The notes beneath the pieces were generated by a model. It was not told the DNA's origin. It did no database searches and was given only the letters and a program-made list of their open reading frames with translations. From positions 96,564 to 160,563 of the forward strand of contig DF237125.1 in assembly GCA_000708835.1 (NCBI GenBank): DNA of 64,000 nucleotides, written 5' to 3'. Positions 1-11,300 of the stretch are shown in pieces. The position numbers and the translations under genes are program-made. Every line of letters starts with the position of its first letter. Position 1 is the stretch's first letter. Source of the stretch: Klebsormidium nitens (lineage: Eukaryota; Plantae; Klebsormidiophyceae).

Positions 1-961
1 TGCGGAGTGCTTCTCCAATATAATGCAGACATGCCCCATAAGAGCTGCGCCGACGCCAGCAGGTCGGGAAACAATGAGGGCGACGGACAGCGGGTGATAA
101 GTAGGGCACGTCTTTGGGCAACCTTTCAAACCAGAGACCTGCAAGTCATGATTTGCTAATGGAACACCTACTTCTTTTCGTTCAGGTATGAAAAACACGG
201 CGTCCGTAAAGGAAGGAGCTGAGCAAGCGAAGTGGTGAGGATTCTGGATTGAGCAGGCTGAAAGGCTGTTGGATTGAACAGCGTACGAAGCTAGTCAGCT
301 CCTCAGAACATCGTAATACTAGTCGGCAAGTCCCTTGATAAGGCTCTAGGTCAGCCAGTTTGACTGAGTTTAACAACGTCGATGAAAGAGAGCTCGTCGG
401 ATCATACTTTAAAAATAGAATTATCTGCTTTTTGGCCTTCGATGCACATCAAATCTTCAAAATGCAAACGTACGAAGTCGAGCATCCTTCAACTTGGTCC
501 TTTAAGGACGTACTTCGGAAAAAATGAACTGGCGAGCACGGTTGCAACGCAGTGACCAGTTATGAGAATGTGTAGAATGCCGAACCGGGATTAGCTGGCC
601 GGGGCGCGGCCAAACATATGGCTGCTGAATAGAAGGATGCCAGTCACTCAAGCCTGAGCCCCCCTTGACTGAGCTCACTTTCTTAACGACGAGACCTAGC
701 ATGGTAGGGCGGCCGTACCGGCCATGTACGTCCTGGTGCTCAGTATGGCGCCAGGTGCCATGACGCGGCGCACGGCGCTGCATAGAACTGTTAAGTTACA
801 GAACTGAGCGCTGTCAGGCCGTTGATGCTTAGGCGCCATGCACGTACATGCTCAGAATGATTTCCACGTGAGCTGGTGTGCCAGCATGTGCACCCGTACG
901 CATGTGCAGTGTGCAGTGCGGCCAGCGAAGGGGCGGCTGCATAAGTAAGTCAATAGGTTCA

Positions 962-1180
962 ACTGCAAGATCGCTTGGCGATAGGTGGCAACACCGTTTC
1001 AAGGCCTCTTCTTGTATCAACCTCAAATTGTTCGAATCCCTTTGACGATTCTGCCCTCTATTAGTCGGACAGGCATCCACATTTACGGACTGACATCGAC
1101 AACGTAGGTCAGCTTCGTGCCTTCGACCTCGCCATCCAATCTTTGTCGGCTACTTCGGGACTCATGCCTTACTTCAGCCT
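962..1180 (-). pseudogene. Decayed copy of the terminal exon of the START/polyketide-cyclase gene (parent exon 5364-5588)
   Basis: Aligns by eye to 5372-5590 in the same orientation and keeps the CAG|GCTGAAG acceptor. The parent codon CAA (Q of SPQMWMP) is TAA here (1083-1085), and a 1-nt deletion follows in the IVKEIGSNL segment. The flanking intron and 3' sequences do not align. Confidence 0.9.
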
Positions 1181-2071
1181 GAACGTAACGCTGAGATTTT
1201 ATGCCAAATGCTGAAAAGTTGGGGTCTTCGAAAATGCTTCCAATTTGGGGCTTGACGGCCGTCGTTCCTGGTGGACTACAAAGTGAAAAAGAGCAGCTCA
1301 TGAGTAAAGGATAACCTGTGAAAGGATTCAGATATCCGTGTTCTTATAGAGACGTGACTTTCTCGTAGAAAGACGGTTAAGCTTAACATGTAAACAACAT
1401 GGTTGCAAATGTGAGTCCCCAATCCGAATGGCACTCAAGCACCGCTCGGTTGACCGATCGTTATCATGTCGAACCTGTCGGATCCATTTAGACGATGACC
1501 TTCTCAGGACAGATATAATAGACTCTGAGCGGGCTCTGAGCTTGGAAGTATGAAGAAGAGATGCAAACGTCCCGAGGTAATGGGGACGCGTTCAGTTCAA
1601 AGCTAATTTATCGTCTGGCATGGATGCGGATCAATCTTTATGTTCACGAGCCACGTTTTCAATATTTCATCCAAGTCAAAGTGCATGTTTTGTGTGCACA
1701 ATTCCACGTACTCATTATGCCCGATCCTGCCGCACCATATGTAAAGTCCCAGAATGCTCCGAATGTCGCTAACTTCGGTTTTACGCGCTAAGATCGATGA
1801 TCCTTTAGGACTAATCAATCGAGTCGCGGGTTTACGAGGCGGCGCGCTGCACTGCATGCCCGGGCGCCTTGCATGCCGCGAGTCGGGACGAGCGCGCGCG
1901 GCGGGCGGCAGAGGTTTTGCAGTGACCTACCGTTGAGCGGGAGGCCGCACGCGCGCGGCTTGCAAGGGGCGGCCGCGCAGTGGTCCTGGCGCGACCGTCA
2001 AAGCTCAGTGCATGACGCCAATGAATGAGAGGACTTTGCTTTAGGACTTCAGCTGTAGCTTGGTTAGAAAA

Positions 2072-3325
2072 ATGGCGGCTGCTGGCGACGCAGCTGACCC
2101 TGAATCACTGACATTTCTATTCAACAATTCAGAGGATTCCGATGTCTTGCTAACGCTTCAAATAGCAGGAGAGAGTGGTCAGGGGAGGGGGCAGCACGAT
2201 GCAGAATTCGACACTGTACTAAATCTGCACAGCACAGTTCTAAGGAAGCACAGCAAGTTCTTTGATACTCTTCTTTCAGAAAGATGGACCGGAAACGATA
2301 CACACGCAAGCAGGACTACTGTGACTCTGAAAGGATGCGAAGATGCAGGAAAGCCTGCATATGAATCCGTCCTTCAGTATATGTACAACATGGAGAACGG
2401 TCACTATGCGCCTGAGAGAAAACTCTTTTGCAATGTAGAAGGTGCAATTAGAATCTTCCGTGCTGCCAATCGTCTAGAAATGCTGTCACTACGGCAGAAA
2501 GCTCTGGATTACCTTGCGGCAGTGCCCTGGAGTGAAGAAGCGAAAGAAAGCATTGAAGAACTTTGCAAAGGAGATATCGGCGACGACATACAGCCCTTGC
2601 AAGCGCGTCTAGGGCCCAAACCAGCTTTCAGCGATGACCTGAAAGAGAAAATAGTTAGCCAGTTGTTGGATGACGAAGATTATAGCGAGCATGTCGTAGC
2701 CAACCTCTCTGAACTCATCAAGGTTGGTGCCTTCAAGGACGCCATGCTTGATAAGGTCTTGGGAGATCTCCTAAGGACATTGAGGGGATGGCGGGACAAC
2801 ATGAACAACGACAAGTCCTGGGATCTAGAAACGACGGGACGCTTTGTTCGCAGCCTCCGCTTGGCGATGAAGGCAGCGCTGGAAAGTGGTCGCAACGTCT
2901 CTCCAATTCTGGACATGTTACAAGAGGACTGCGAAAAGTGGAGCGGCATCTTGTCAATGAATTCTGATACCAATGAAAATAACAAGGAGTGGAGAGAACT
3001 CTTCCAGGAGCACTTCTATCAACATCTGATCAAGGTCTCAATGAGCGGAAAGCCGCCATTTATGAACGCACAACGGGCCTTGGTTGTGAGACTCTGGGTT
3101 CCCCTGGATCTTGAGGAGGTCAATCAGCTGGATGTGAAGACGCTATTACGAGAGAAGCAAGTTGCCGCTGATGTCATGGACGTCTTGAGTACGCTCTCAT
3201 CAAGCGAACAGGATGACATTTATGAGGAGTGGCTGCCTGACCTCTTCGATATGGCGGCGTGGGTTCCGCGGTTGAAGGACTCGCTAAGAGTACGTTTCCT
3301 TCTGGAATTCAGTACCTTCATTTGA
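2072..3325 (+). CDS. BTB/POZ domain protein, intronless (plant At1g63850/At3g05675-like type, probable CUL3 adaptor)
   Basis: Single 417-codon ORF from ATG 2072 (the track ORF starts at an upstream TTG). Its N-terminus FLFNNSEDSDVLLTL...LNLHSTVLRKHSKFFDTLLSERW...VTLKGC...YESVLQYMY follows the BTB fold pattern. It is followed by the IFRAANRLEMLSLRQKALDYLAAVPWSEE motif typical of this plant family. Confidence 0.85.
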   Translation: MAAAGDAADPESLTFLFNNSEDSDVLLTLQIAGESGQGRGQHDAEFDTVLNLHSTVLRKHSKFFDTLLSERWTGNDTHASRTTVTLKGCEDAGKPAYESVLQYMYNMENGHYAPERKLFCNVEGAIRIFRAANRLEMLSLRQKALDYLAAVPWSEEAKESIEELCKGDIGDDIQPLQARLGPKPAFSDDLKEKIVSQLLDDEDYSEHVVANLSELIKVGAFKDAMLDKVLGDLLRTLRGWRDNMNNDKSWDLETTGRFVRSLRLAMKAALESGRNVSPILDMLQEDCEKWSGILSMNSDTNENNKEWRELFQEHFYQHLIKVSMSGKPPFMNAQRALVVRLWVPLDLEEVNQLDVKTLLREKQVAADVMDVLSTLSSSEQDDIYEEWLPDLFDMAAWVPRLKDSLRVRFLLEFSTFI

Positions 3326-3365
3326 GCTTAGGTGATCCTTAGAAGTTTGTCATGCTTGGAAGCGA

Positions 3366-4264
3366 TCAGATCAAGCGTTCCATTGTGGAAGAATGTGCAT
3401 ATTGCACATCCAAATTCGCTTGACGGGTTCTTACATTACCAAAATTGCACAACAATTCTGATCTAGATGAGGTAATGCTTTTGCAGGAGAGATGCCTGCC
3501 TTTACACGTCAGCAGCCGATACAACCCCAAGAAACGAAAGACCCCAGACTCATGACAGGTAAGCCTGGCCACCGATGACAGCGACAAGAAACAGTCGCTT
3601 GGGTTAAACCTTCGCACCAGCTTTTCAACGGCTGCACCTATCCATTCGACGTCCTTCAGGTAAGGAATGACGGGGTCTTCAAATGAAAGCAATCCTGACC
3701 GCATTTTCAGGTTTTCCAAGTGTAGGGTACGTTGCAAAGTATGGTTTTGATTTTTGAAAGCCGTACAGAGCTGTTATGAGAGGATGCTTTGGGAAGGACC
3801 TTGACAGGTGAAGACTCGTTTGAGCTGCATCCATTCTCTTTCGAACGAGGTCTTTTGAGCACTCGAAAGCTACTCCGGGATACCGGCTTCATCTAACGTG
3901 CTCCATCAGTGCTTCCAACACCAGCAGTCGACAATCTAAGAAGCGGCTGATAAGAGGGCTCAGAACGCTACGTCTTCAGGCGACAGCCCTTCAGAATTCA
4001 GACTAAAGACGGGCAATTGATCTGGAACCTGGGTTTAGAGGAAACCACGATTCTCTTGTTCAGGTGGAAGCGCATTAAGGCCGAGCCTCGGAGGCTGAGC
4101 AACCATTGCCAGGGCAAGCTAGTACAGATGCGGCATGTTTTGGTAAGAAGCTGAAAATCCGCGGCTCGACGAGCACATAAAGAGTCGGCTAAGTTCAAAG
4201 GATCACTTTCTTGCAGTCCGACTGCTTGCATGCTCTTAACAATCGATCGCAACTGAATGACCAA
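3366..4264 (-). pseudogene. Possible decayed leucine-rich-repeat-like coding remnant
   Basis: Broken minus-strand frames read ...FQINCPSLV*ILKGC... and ...QLCTAFKNQNHTLQRTLHLENLKM...YLKDVEW..., which resemble LRR turns. Several in-frame stops and at least one frame change; the family is not identifiable with certainty. Confidence 0.25.
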
Positions 4265-4499
4265 TTGGTTTCGGCCCGGTCTTCAAGGGCAGTGTACTCT
4301 CGGATCAAAGCTTATAGAAACTGAGTGAGCTCAAATCGTTATTGATCATGCGCACTACGGGCAAGCCTGAGCAAGGTGCGATACTCTTCAGATTTACAGC
4401 TCACAATCTCAGTGTACCACGGTCACTCGAGAGGCCGGTGACTCTAGCTACTTCGGTGGACAGCTCCTGATGGCTGTATACGGTCCTCAAGTCTACGTC

Positions 4500-5260
4500 T
4501 ATATCATTACATCCCAACAATCCGACATTAATAAGTTAGGTGGATGACCATCATGCGCGGTATTAAGCGAATGTTTTCCGCACTATGGTTGTCTAATAAT
4601 CGACCGTAAAGCGCGGCCGCGGACATTCACACTGATGGTCGCATCATTTAAAAGATATGTTGCATGCAGCCTTTCGGTCTACTAAGCTAGCTCAAGTGAA
4701 TTCATGGCCGCCATGCCAGAGCACGCATCATTTAAATGATGCGTGCTCTGGCATGGCGGCCATAGCCAACTGAGGCATGCTATAGTATACGTTGAGGCAT
4801 GTGACGGTCGGACGGCGTTAGTACCGCATATGCATCATGTAATACTCGATCGATTGACACGTACATCATGCAAGTTGGCGACTGCATGGCAACGATGCGC
4901 GGCATCATTCGTGCATTTTAACTTAAACCCACAATCAACTAAAGATAAGTGCCTGAACGATGTATGATCACGCAAGCTGATTTGTTGGATGATGTATACG
5001 GTTAATTCTCTTTCCAAACCCCGTAGATAATTGCATTGAAATCGGTTAAGATGGCGGCCAGCGAAGCACCGGCACTGCTTACGATGGCAGCACGGCGCAT
5101 AGCCTGGCAGAGCTGGAGCAGAAGGCTGGCGCGGCAGCGAACCCATGTCGAAAGGCAGCCTAAATTGATGTAGCTGGATCGAAGCTCACACTCATACTGA
5201 TACCCAAAGCAGACTTGAACGCGCTCGTTACTACGTCGTGACGTTTTGACCCGGCAGGCT
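4500..5260. other. Palindrome/CpG-dense intergenic island at a convergent junction
   Basis: Dense in TGCA, CATG, GATC, AGCT and GCGGCCGC words (e.g. CGCGGCCGCG near 4615) and contains the 60-bp perfect palindrome. Confidence 0.7.
4704..4763. repeat. Perfect 60-bp palindrome with no spacer
   Basis: ATGGCCGCCATGCCAGAGCACGCATCATTT|AAATGATGCGTGCTCTGGCATGGCGGCCAT. All 30 pairs were checked base by base, and the first mismatch is 4703/4764. Confidence 0.97.
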
Positions 5261-5363
5261 CAGGGTGGTCGCAGTGGTTGCCGTCCCAGGCCATGACGGA
5301 ACGCTTATCGAAACGATTGATTCGTTGGGGACCGTATGCTAAAAATTCATACCGAAGGGGCTC

Positions 5364-7786
5364 TCATGATGTTGCAAGGACTCCTGGCGGTAGGTGGCAA
5401 CATCGTTTCAAGGCCTCCTCTTGTATCGACCTCAAATTGCTCCCTATCTCCTTGACAATTCTGCCCTCTATTAGGCGGACAGGCATCCACATTTGCGGAC
5501 TGACTTCGACAACGTAGGACAGCTTCGTACCTTCAACTTCGCCATCCAATCTTTGCCCGCTACTTCGGGAGTCGTGCCTTACTTCAGCCTGTCCAAAGCG
5601 GACGCATACTTTTACGATTGGATTGGAAAAAATGTCCATCAATTATCAGCCCTTCAAAGACTCGAAGTAGTAGACTCAGAAAGTTTTAGTGTCCACTGCT
5701 TTCTGCGAAGCCGGGACAGTCCAGAATCATTCAGGAGTCACGGGTGAGCTAAGAGGACGCGCAAATCCTATGCGTTGGACAATTGTTTCTCGCTGTTCAA
5801 TAATTACCGAGGACACGGACAAGTTTCACATGCACACCCTTCTGTGGAACTATTCCAAAACGCCGTACTCCATGAACACCCGAATGTCCTTTCCGGCTTC
5901 GACAACATTCTAACTTAGGCAGGCGGACAGTCGAAGTGGTACCGTTCAAGATAATTGTGTAGGACATGAAATGCACTCTCGAGCCTCGCTCTTTTAAGAT
6001 GGCAAGCTTCTCGGATGTCTCTTGAAACTCAAGACAGTCCCTTGTTTAAACCTCCCCCTTCTAAGGTGGCGCGACGGAATGTAGCCCAGCCCCTCAATGT
6101 CCTGTCGTCCAAATTTGGAAAGAAAAGTGAGCGCGCCCCATGAAGACCAGAATGCAACTCAATATCTGAGTATGACGAGCATTGCAGATGCTGACCTGCT
6201 CCATTCTCCAGACGCCCTCGAACTTTTGGAAGTCCCCGTCTAGTTGCCGGAACTCGATTTCTCGCGTCCCTTCTGCCAGCGTTTCTTCTGGCACTTCTTC
6301 GACCTCCATGACAATGCGTGCAGAGAACTTGGCGCCAAAGGCAACATCCTGCTCACCAACCTGTTGCACAGAATAGACGATTCGGGACTTCCTGCAGTGT
6401 CGCGCAGCTTGCCTTTCTGAAAGAACCGATCTGTAATGAAAGAACTTCTTGTTGCCAGAACGTTCGGTTGCCTTCAATGAGGACTACAGTTCGAGTCTGA
6501 CTTTTTCGACCGAAAACTTGCAAGCGAAACCTTCCTGAAGATGTTGATACACTTGCATGACAAATCTGGATTCGATCTACACTGAACGAAGTATCTGCAG
6601 GGATTTCTCGAAGACTGGCGATACAAATGGTTCGCAACCTGCAAATCGCCTGGTTGAAAGTCTTGGCTGAAAGCCCCAAAGAACGCTTCTGAAACCGTCC
6701 GAAGCTGCCTTTCAGATGTATCCGAGATGTCAGATTCCTAAGATGAGCGTTTGAAGACCATCAATTGAAGACCGTCAGATGACCAGATGAGCGTGCTTCG
6801 CGCTTCTCCTTCAGGCAGGGGACAGCGCACCTGAGCTCACGAGTCCTGACAATAAGACGCAATGCAAAGCTGTTTTCCATGGCCCAGGAAAACAGAGGCA
6901 TTCAGAAAGTCTCTGAGTTATAAACGAGCTGCGTGAGAGGCAACAAGCTCTTTCAGATGATCAAGCCCTCAGAAACTTTGGCACCTGCATTCTTTGGAGC
7001 CAAGCCCTGAGAGTCACTTCATGGGTAAGACATATCATTCACAGAAGTTGGACCATAGAGAAAAGCGTAAAGGCAGGTGAAAAGACAGGCCCCCACCTGC
7101 AGCAGCTTTGCCCCCCGGGGCCGTCGCTCCAACACCTCGTTGACCACCAGGCCTGGGATGATGTCAGCGAGGCTGCCGTAATCCGTCAGCACTCCCCACA
7201 CCACATACACTGGGGCGCACACGTCGACGCTTGCTTCGATGCGCCTCATGTTACGCCCCACTTTCTCTATAGCCACTGCGACCTCCTCAAAAGTTCCCTC
7301 AAGCGCAGTCTCGTCTACCATTTCTTCACTACTTGTTTCTTCACTAGGGAGAGAACAGCAAACTTGGCTTTTTCTACCCCTTCGATGTAAAGGTGGTGCT
7401 ATCCTTCTTGCGACGTTCAAGTCTGAGAAAAGCACTGCCCGCCTAGGAACTTGCATATCACTGGCCAATGAACTGAAGCGCAAACCAGTGCCGGCCTGGT
7501 GGCAACTGCACTTTGAAGCGGGCCCACTATGTAAGTTGCTGGCACAACTTCTTAACTTTCTTCTCATATTTGTACCACCTTCTGGAAGACTTTCTGAGAG
7601 TGTATGCCGGTCACTAGAATGTCGCAAAAGCCCAAATCTCTGAGGGTGTGCATGAAGGCACCCTTGTTGGCGCAAGCATTCTTCAGCAAGACCGAGATTA
7701 CTCTGGGCCCTGCGTGCATTGAACTCATGGAATGAGCGCGTGCCCGTTTGTACACCAGGACAGTGCATGCACGCTCCCCCGTGCAT
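5364..7786 (-). CDS. START/SRPBCC (polyketide cyclase/dehydrase and lipid transport) domain protein with a long N-terminal extension, probably organelle-targeted
   Basis: Exons about 7786(start uncertain; in-frame ATGs at 7786, 7567, 7456)-7097, 6360-6196 and 5588-5364, all phase 0 with GT-AG. The joined peptide RRIEASVDVCAPVYVVWGVLTDYGSLADIIPGLVVNEVLE...LLQ|VGEQDVAFGAKFSARIV...IEFRQLDGDFQKFEGVWRMEQ|...TKLSYVVEVSPQMWMPVRLIEGRI is the plant Polyketide_cyc pattern. Confidence 0.88.
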
Positions 7787-8368
7787 ATTGGCCACTGTAT
7801 CAAAGTTGCAGCAACAGCTGCTGAACCTAGGATGACGGTTGAAGCGGTGGTCGCTGGCAGGACTCAAACGCTGGCTCCAGCATGCAAATGTCCTTACTGA
7901 CGCTAGACCAAGGAGCAGAAATGGCTGCAGAATCCCAATTGCTAGAAGTGGCGGTGTGTGGAAAGAGCTTTGACTCAGTGACCTTTAATGAACGGCCCCT
8001 CCTCAATCTCTTTCTCCTGCCTCCTTCCTCCGAAATGCTGCCTTGTCTAGGAAATCCACAGGCCAGGCAAGGTGCTTCAACTAGATCGAGCTGGAAGTGA
8101 AGTTGGTTCTGGACGTTCTCAAAATCAAGCGACGGCCTTCATTTCTCACTTCAACTTCAAGTGACCAACTTTCAACGGCTGGCAACTCAGAACTTCTGCC
8201 ACCTCAGATACTCTGGTCAATCTTTGCGCACAGTGACATGGTCAATGTGGCATGAGCAGAGCGTCCAACAACTTGCATAATTTATCCTCCCAGTGCCAGT
8301 CCTGGATCCTGCAATGGCGCTCTCTTTTTCTTGCAAGTAGTTCAACACATCTCTTTGGAGGCTTCACG
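7787..8368. promoter_or_regulatory. Short divergent (likely bidirectional) promoter region between the cyclase and symplekin genes
   Basis: Two head-to-head start regions lie about 0.6-0.9 kb apart. Positional inference only; no TSS data. Confidence 0.55.
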
Positions 8369-11300
8369 ATGGCCAGCGCAGAGGAGGAGATTGCGCGGCA
8401 CCTGACTGCGTGCCGGCAGAGCGGGGGCGAGGGCGCCTTAGAGCATTTGCAGGCGGCGCAGAGCATTTTGCTGCAGCACCCCTCCGAGCTGCTGCCGCGT
8501 TTCTTGCCGGACGTTCTGGAGCTGCAGGACGCGCCACTTGGCGCCGCCAGGAGATGGCTGGCAGAGTGAGAGGTTTTCCCGATTGCTAGGGTGGTATGTT
8601 TCACCCAATCACCCCTGGCACAGAGCTGAAAGGGTGCTGAGAGTGGCGAGGCTCAGAAAAAACTCGCTCAGCGAATTTCCAGAAACAGAGTCATTGTGAT
8701 TAGAATATCAGGCGGTTGCATTTCGAATACCAGGGTGGTGTTAATGCTGGCGCCTTGGCGTGGCTGATACAATGGCTTGATTTCGGGGCCAAGCATGAAA
8801 GCAATTTTATGTATAGCTAGCCACCAAGCTGGGAGGTGGCCGTTGAACTCCGTTCGTGGAAGTACTGACTAAGAATCAGGAATGAGCGGGGGTTTGTGTT
8901 TGATTGCAAACCCTGCTGATATTAGCTCAACCCTCGTGCATTGTCCATGTTGATCAGCTTGTTTTGACTTGCAGGATTGAACAGCCACAGCCTAATGCTT
9001 CTGAAAAAGTTCAATCAGAGAATGCTGAGGTGCTGGCAGAGGTGCCCAATCAATCCAACGGGAGTTCTGAAATGGTTTTCAGTCTTGTTTAGAGAGTTGA
9101 TATTCGCCACTGATTCTGGGGGTTCCGTCATATCTCCGGTGATGCTTCCGGGCTTCAGCAGGTTTGGGGTTTTCCTGGAGAACTCTTCCAAGGTTACTGT
9201 GCGGAAATACCGTATCCATTCGGCAACCTTACCAGCCAGAAACTAACCAGGCACTAACTATGGGTTTCCAGATCTCTGGAGGCCGCTGGTTTGGCAGTCC
9301 CGTCCCTGCTGGTGTCCATACTCCCCACCCTACAGCGCCTGCTTTCGGACAGCCAGCCAGGGGTGGTCAAGCGGACGCTCCAAACCGGGCGCCTGCTCAT
9401 GCCCGAAGTGATGCGCCAGATGTTGCAGGTAGAAGGCCCGTTGTTACTTGTGACGTTGGGGCAAAGGGTTTTCTGTGGTTCGATGAGCTGAGAGTCGGTG
9501 GACGAATTGGGTGCACTTTGAACTGAGATCTGGTTGGATGGTTCTTGGTTGTGTTGCGTTCTGATTTGTTGAAATCTGGAGAAGCTCCAAAGCACAAGGG
9601 AGTTTCGAAAGCTCTCCAAAAGCTAGAACTGGGTTTGGCTAGACGGGCAAGAGGCTAACCGACTGTTGAGTTTTAAAAGCTGTTCTCAAGGATCACAAGT
9701 TGACTGATGGGTTGGCTGGAGTAGTGTTAGCTTTGAGCAATTTGCCCGAGATGTATTTTGATAAGCGTGCAACCCACCTTGGTTGAGATTCAAAGGTGTG
9801 TGACAAACTCGGTTGAGGATTGTACAAATGTCAGATTCGTCACAGACCCAGAAGATTGTTCTCTTGAATCTTAACAAGGAAAGAAAACGTAACTGAACGG
9901 TTTTTAAGGGGATGAAGACTCAGATCGGAAACACTCGTGCGCAGGACTTCAAGCCAGAGAGTGACTCGGCATCAGAGATGGCCCGCCTCTGGGAGGCCGC
10001 GCGGCAGTTCAAAGATGCGGCAGTAGCAACTGCCCTGCAAGTGAGCCCGATTTTCGATTTTGCCAACCCATTCTCGAAATTGCTCTTTAAATCCCTTCAG
10101 GACGTCGTACATATTGGTCAAGCAGCCTGAGAAATCTTTGCATTGGATTCCACAGTCTTGTAGTACTTTCTTTGCAGTTTCCGTCGTCTTCAGGCCTTTC
10201 TTGCAAGGTCTGATTGGAATCAAAACACTCTGAAGTCCATAGGCAACGTACACTAATAGGAAAGGGCGTACAGCAGATCAAGAGCCAAAAGCCAGACAAT
10301 GTGCGGCCCATTTTGAACCTCCTGGTGACATCTGCAGCACATTAACAGTGGGGTTCGTCTGTATGGGGTCAAGTTCACGGAGGCGGTGATCCTGCTCTAC
10401 ACCCCCCAAACAACCACCTCAGCAACTATAGAGAACGGTGAGGACTTGGAGATGGTCCAAATCGCAGACTGCCCTCAAGGGATACACGGGGCTGACTGCG
10501 GTGCATGTATCCAAATGGTGTCGAACTCATGGTGCTTACGAGATGATAATCTCATTCGGAAGGTCCTAGCGTCTCGATCACGTTGATGTATTCGACTTTA
10601 AACGAATCTTTTTGACAATGAAGAGCTTCTGTAACTGCTATTTTCCCCTCGACGCAACAAGTGCCCGCCACTTCCGGCCTCTTTCTGTTCAAGTGAAGAA
10701 GGCTTGACTTGTCAAGAATGATATGAGTCATATGAAAGGAGTCTACTTTTACCGGCTTTTCTGCAATCACCAAGGAGCATGTTTCTCAAGCCAGCCCTCA
10801 AAATTGTAACCTGCTTCGGCGCAACTGTGAAGAGTTCAAATTCGTTGCCTGTAGGTTCTGCATACACTGCGGTGCACGCCGGTCTCGTCCCGCCAGGTCA
10901 CCCTCTGTTGGACTCAAGCCTGCTGGCGGTCGACGCGACGCGCCACCTGGCATCCCTCCTGGGCCAGTTACGTGGACCCTCTGCTTATTCCATACCCACT
11001 CCAGTCATGCTGGTCCTCATAAGCAGGTGAGGCGCTGTCGAATCAAAAATACTGAACGTTAGTCTTTGATTTAGGTCGTCATATCGCTTCAGACCACAAA
11101 TGCTCTGTGCCTGATTAGCAGGCGCGGTGTCATTCAAGGAACAGAAGCGTCAGTTTTGGGTCCGGCCATCCGACTGATGATTTGAGAACGCTTTATATTG
11201 GTGAGCTTTTCTAAGCATTCCAGCAAAATCGATTTTTGCGGTCGACGTCGCGCCTAAACATGCGCAACGTCGACTGATGCTACTCGCATGCTGCTTGAAG

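Noticed and set aside
8975-9040. Candidate extra symplekin exon (IEQPQPNASEKVQSENAEVLAE), ending in CTGGCAGAG like exon 1
   Set aside because: It would end in phase 0 while the next exon (9272) needs phase 2; exon 1 joins exon 2 directly and restores the expected motif.
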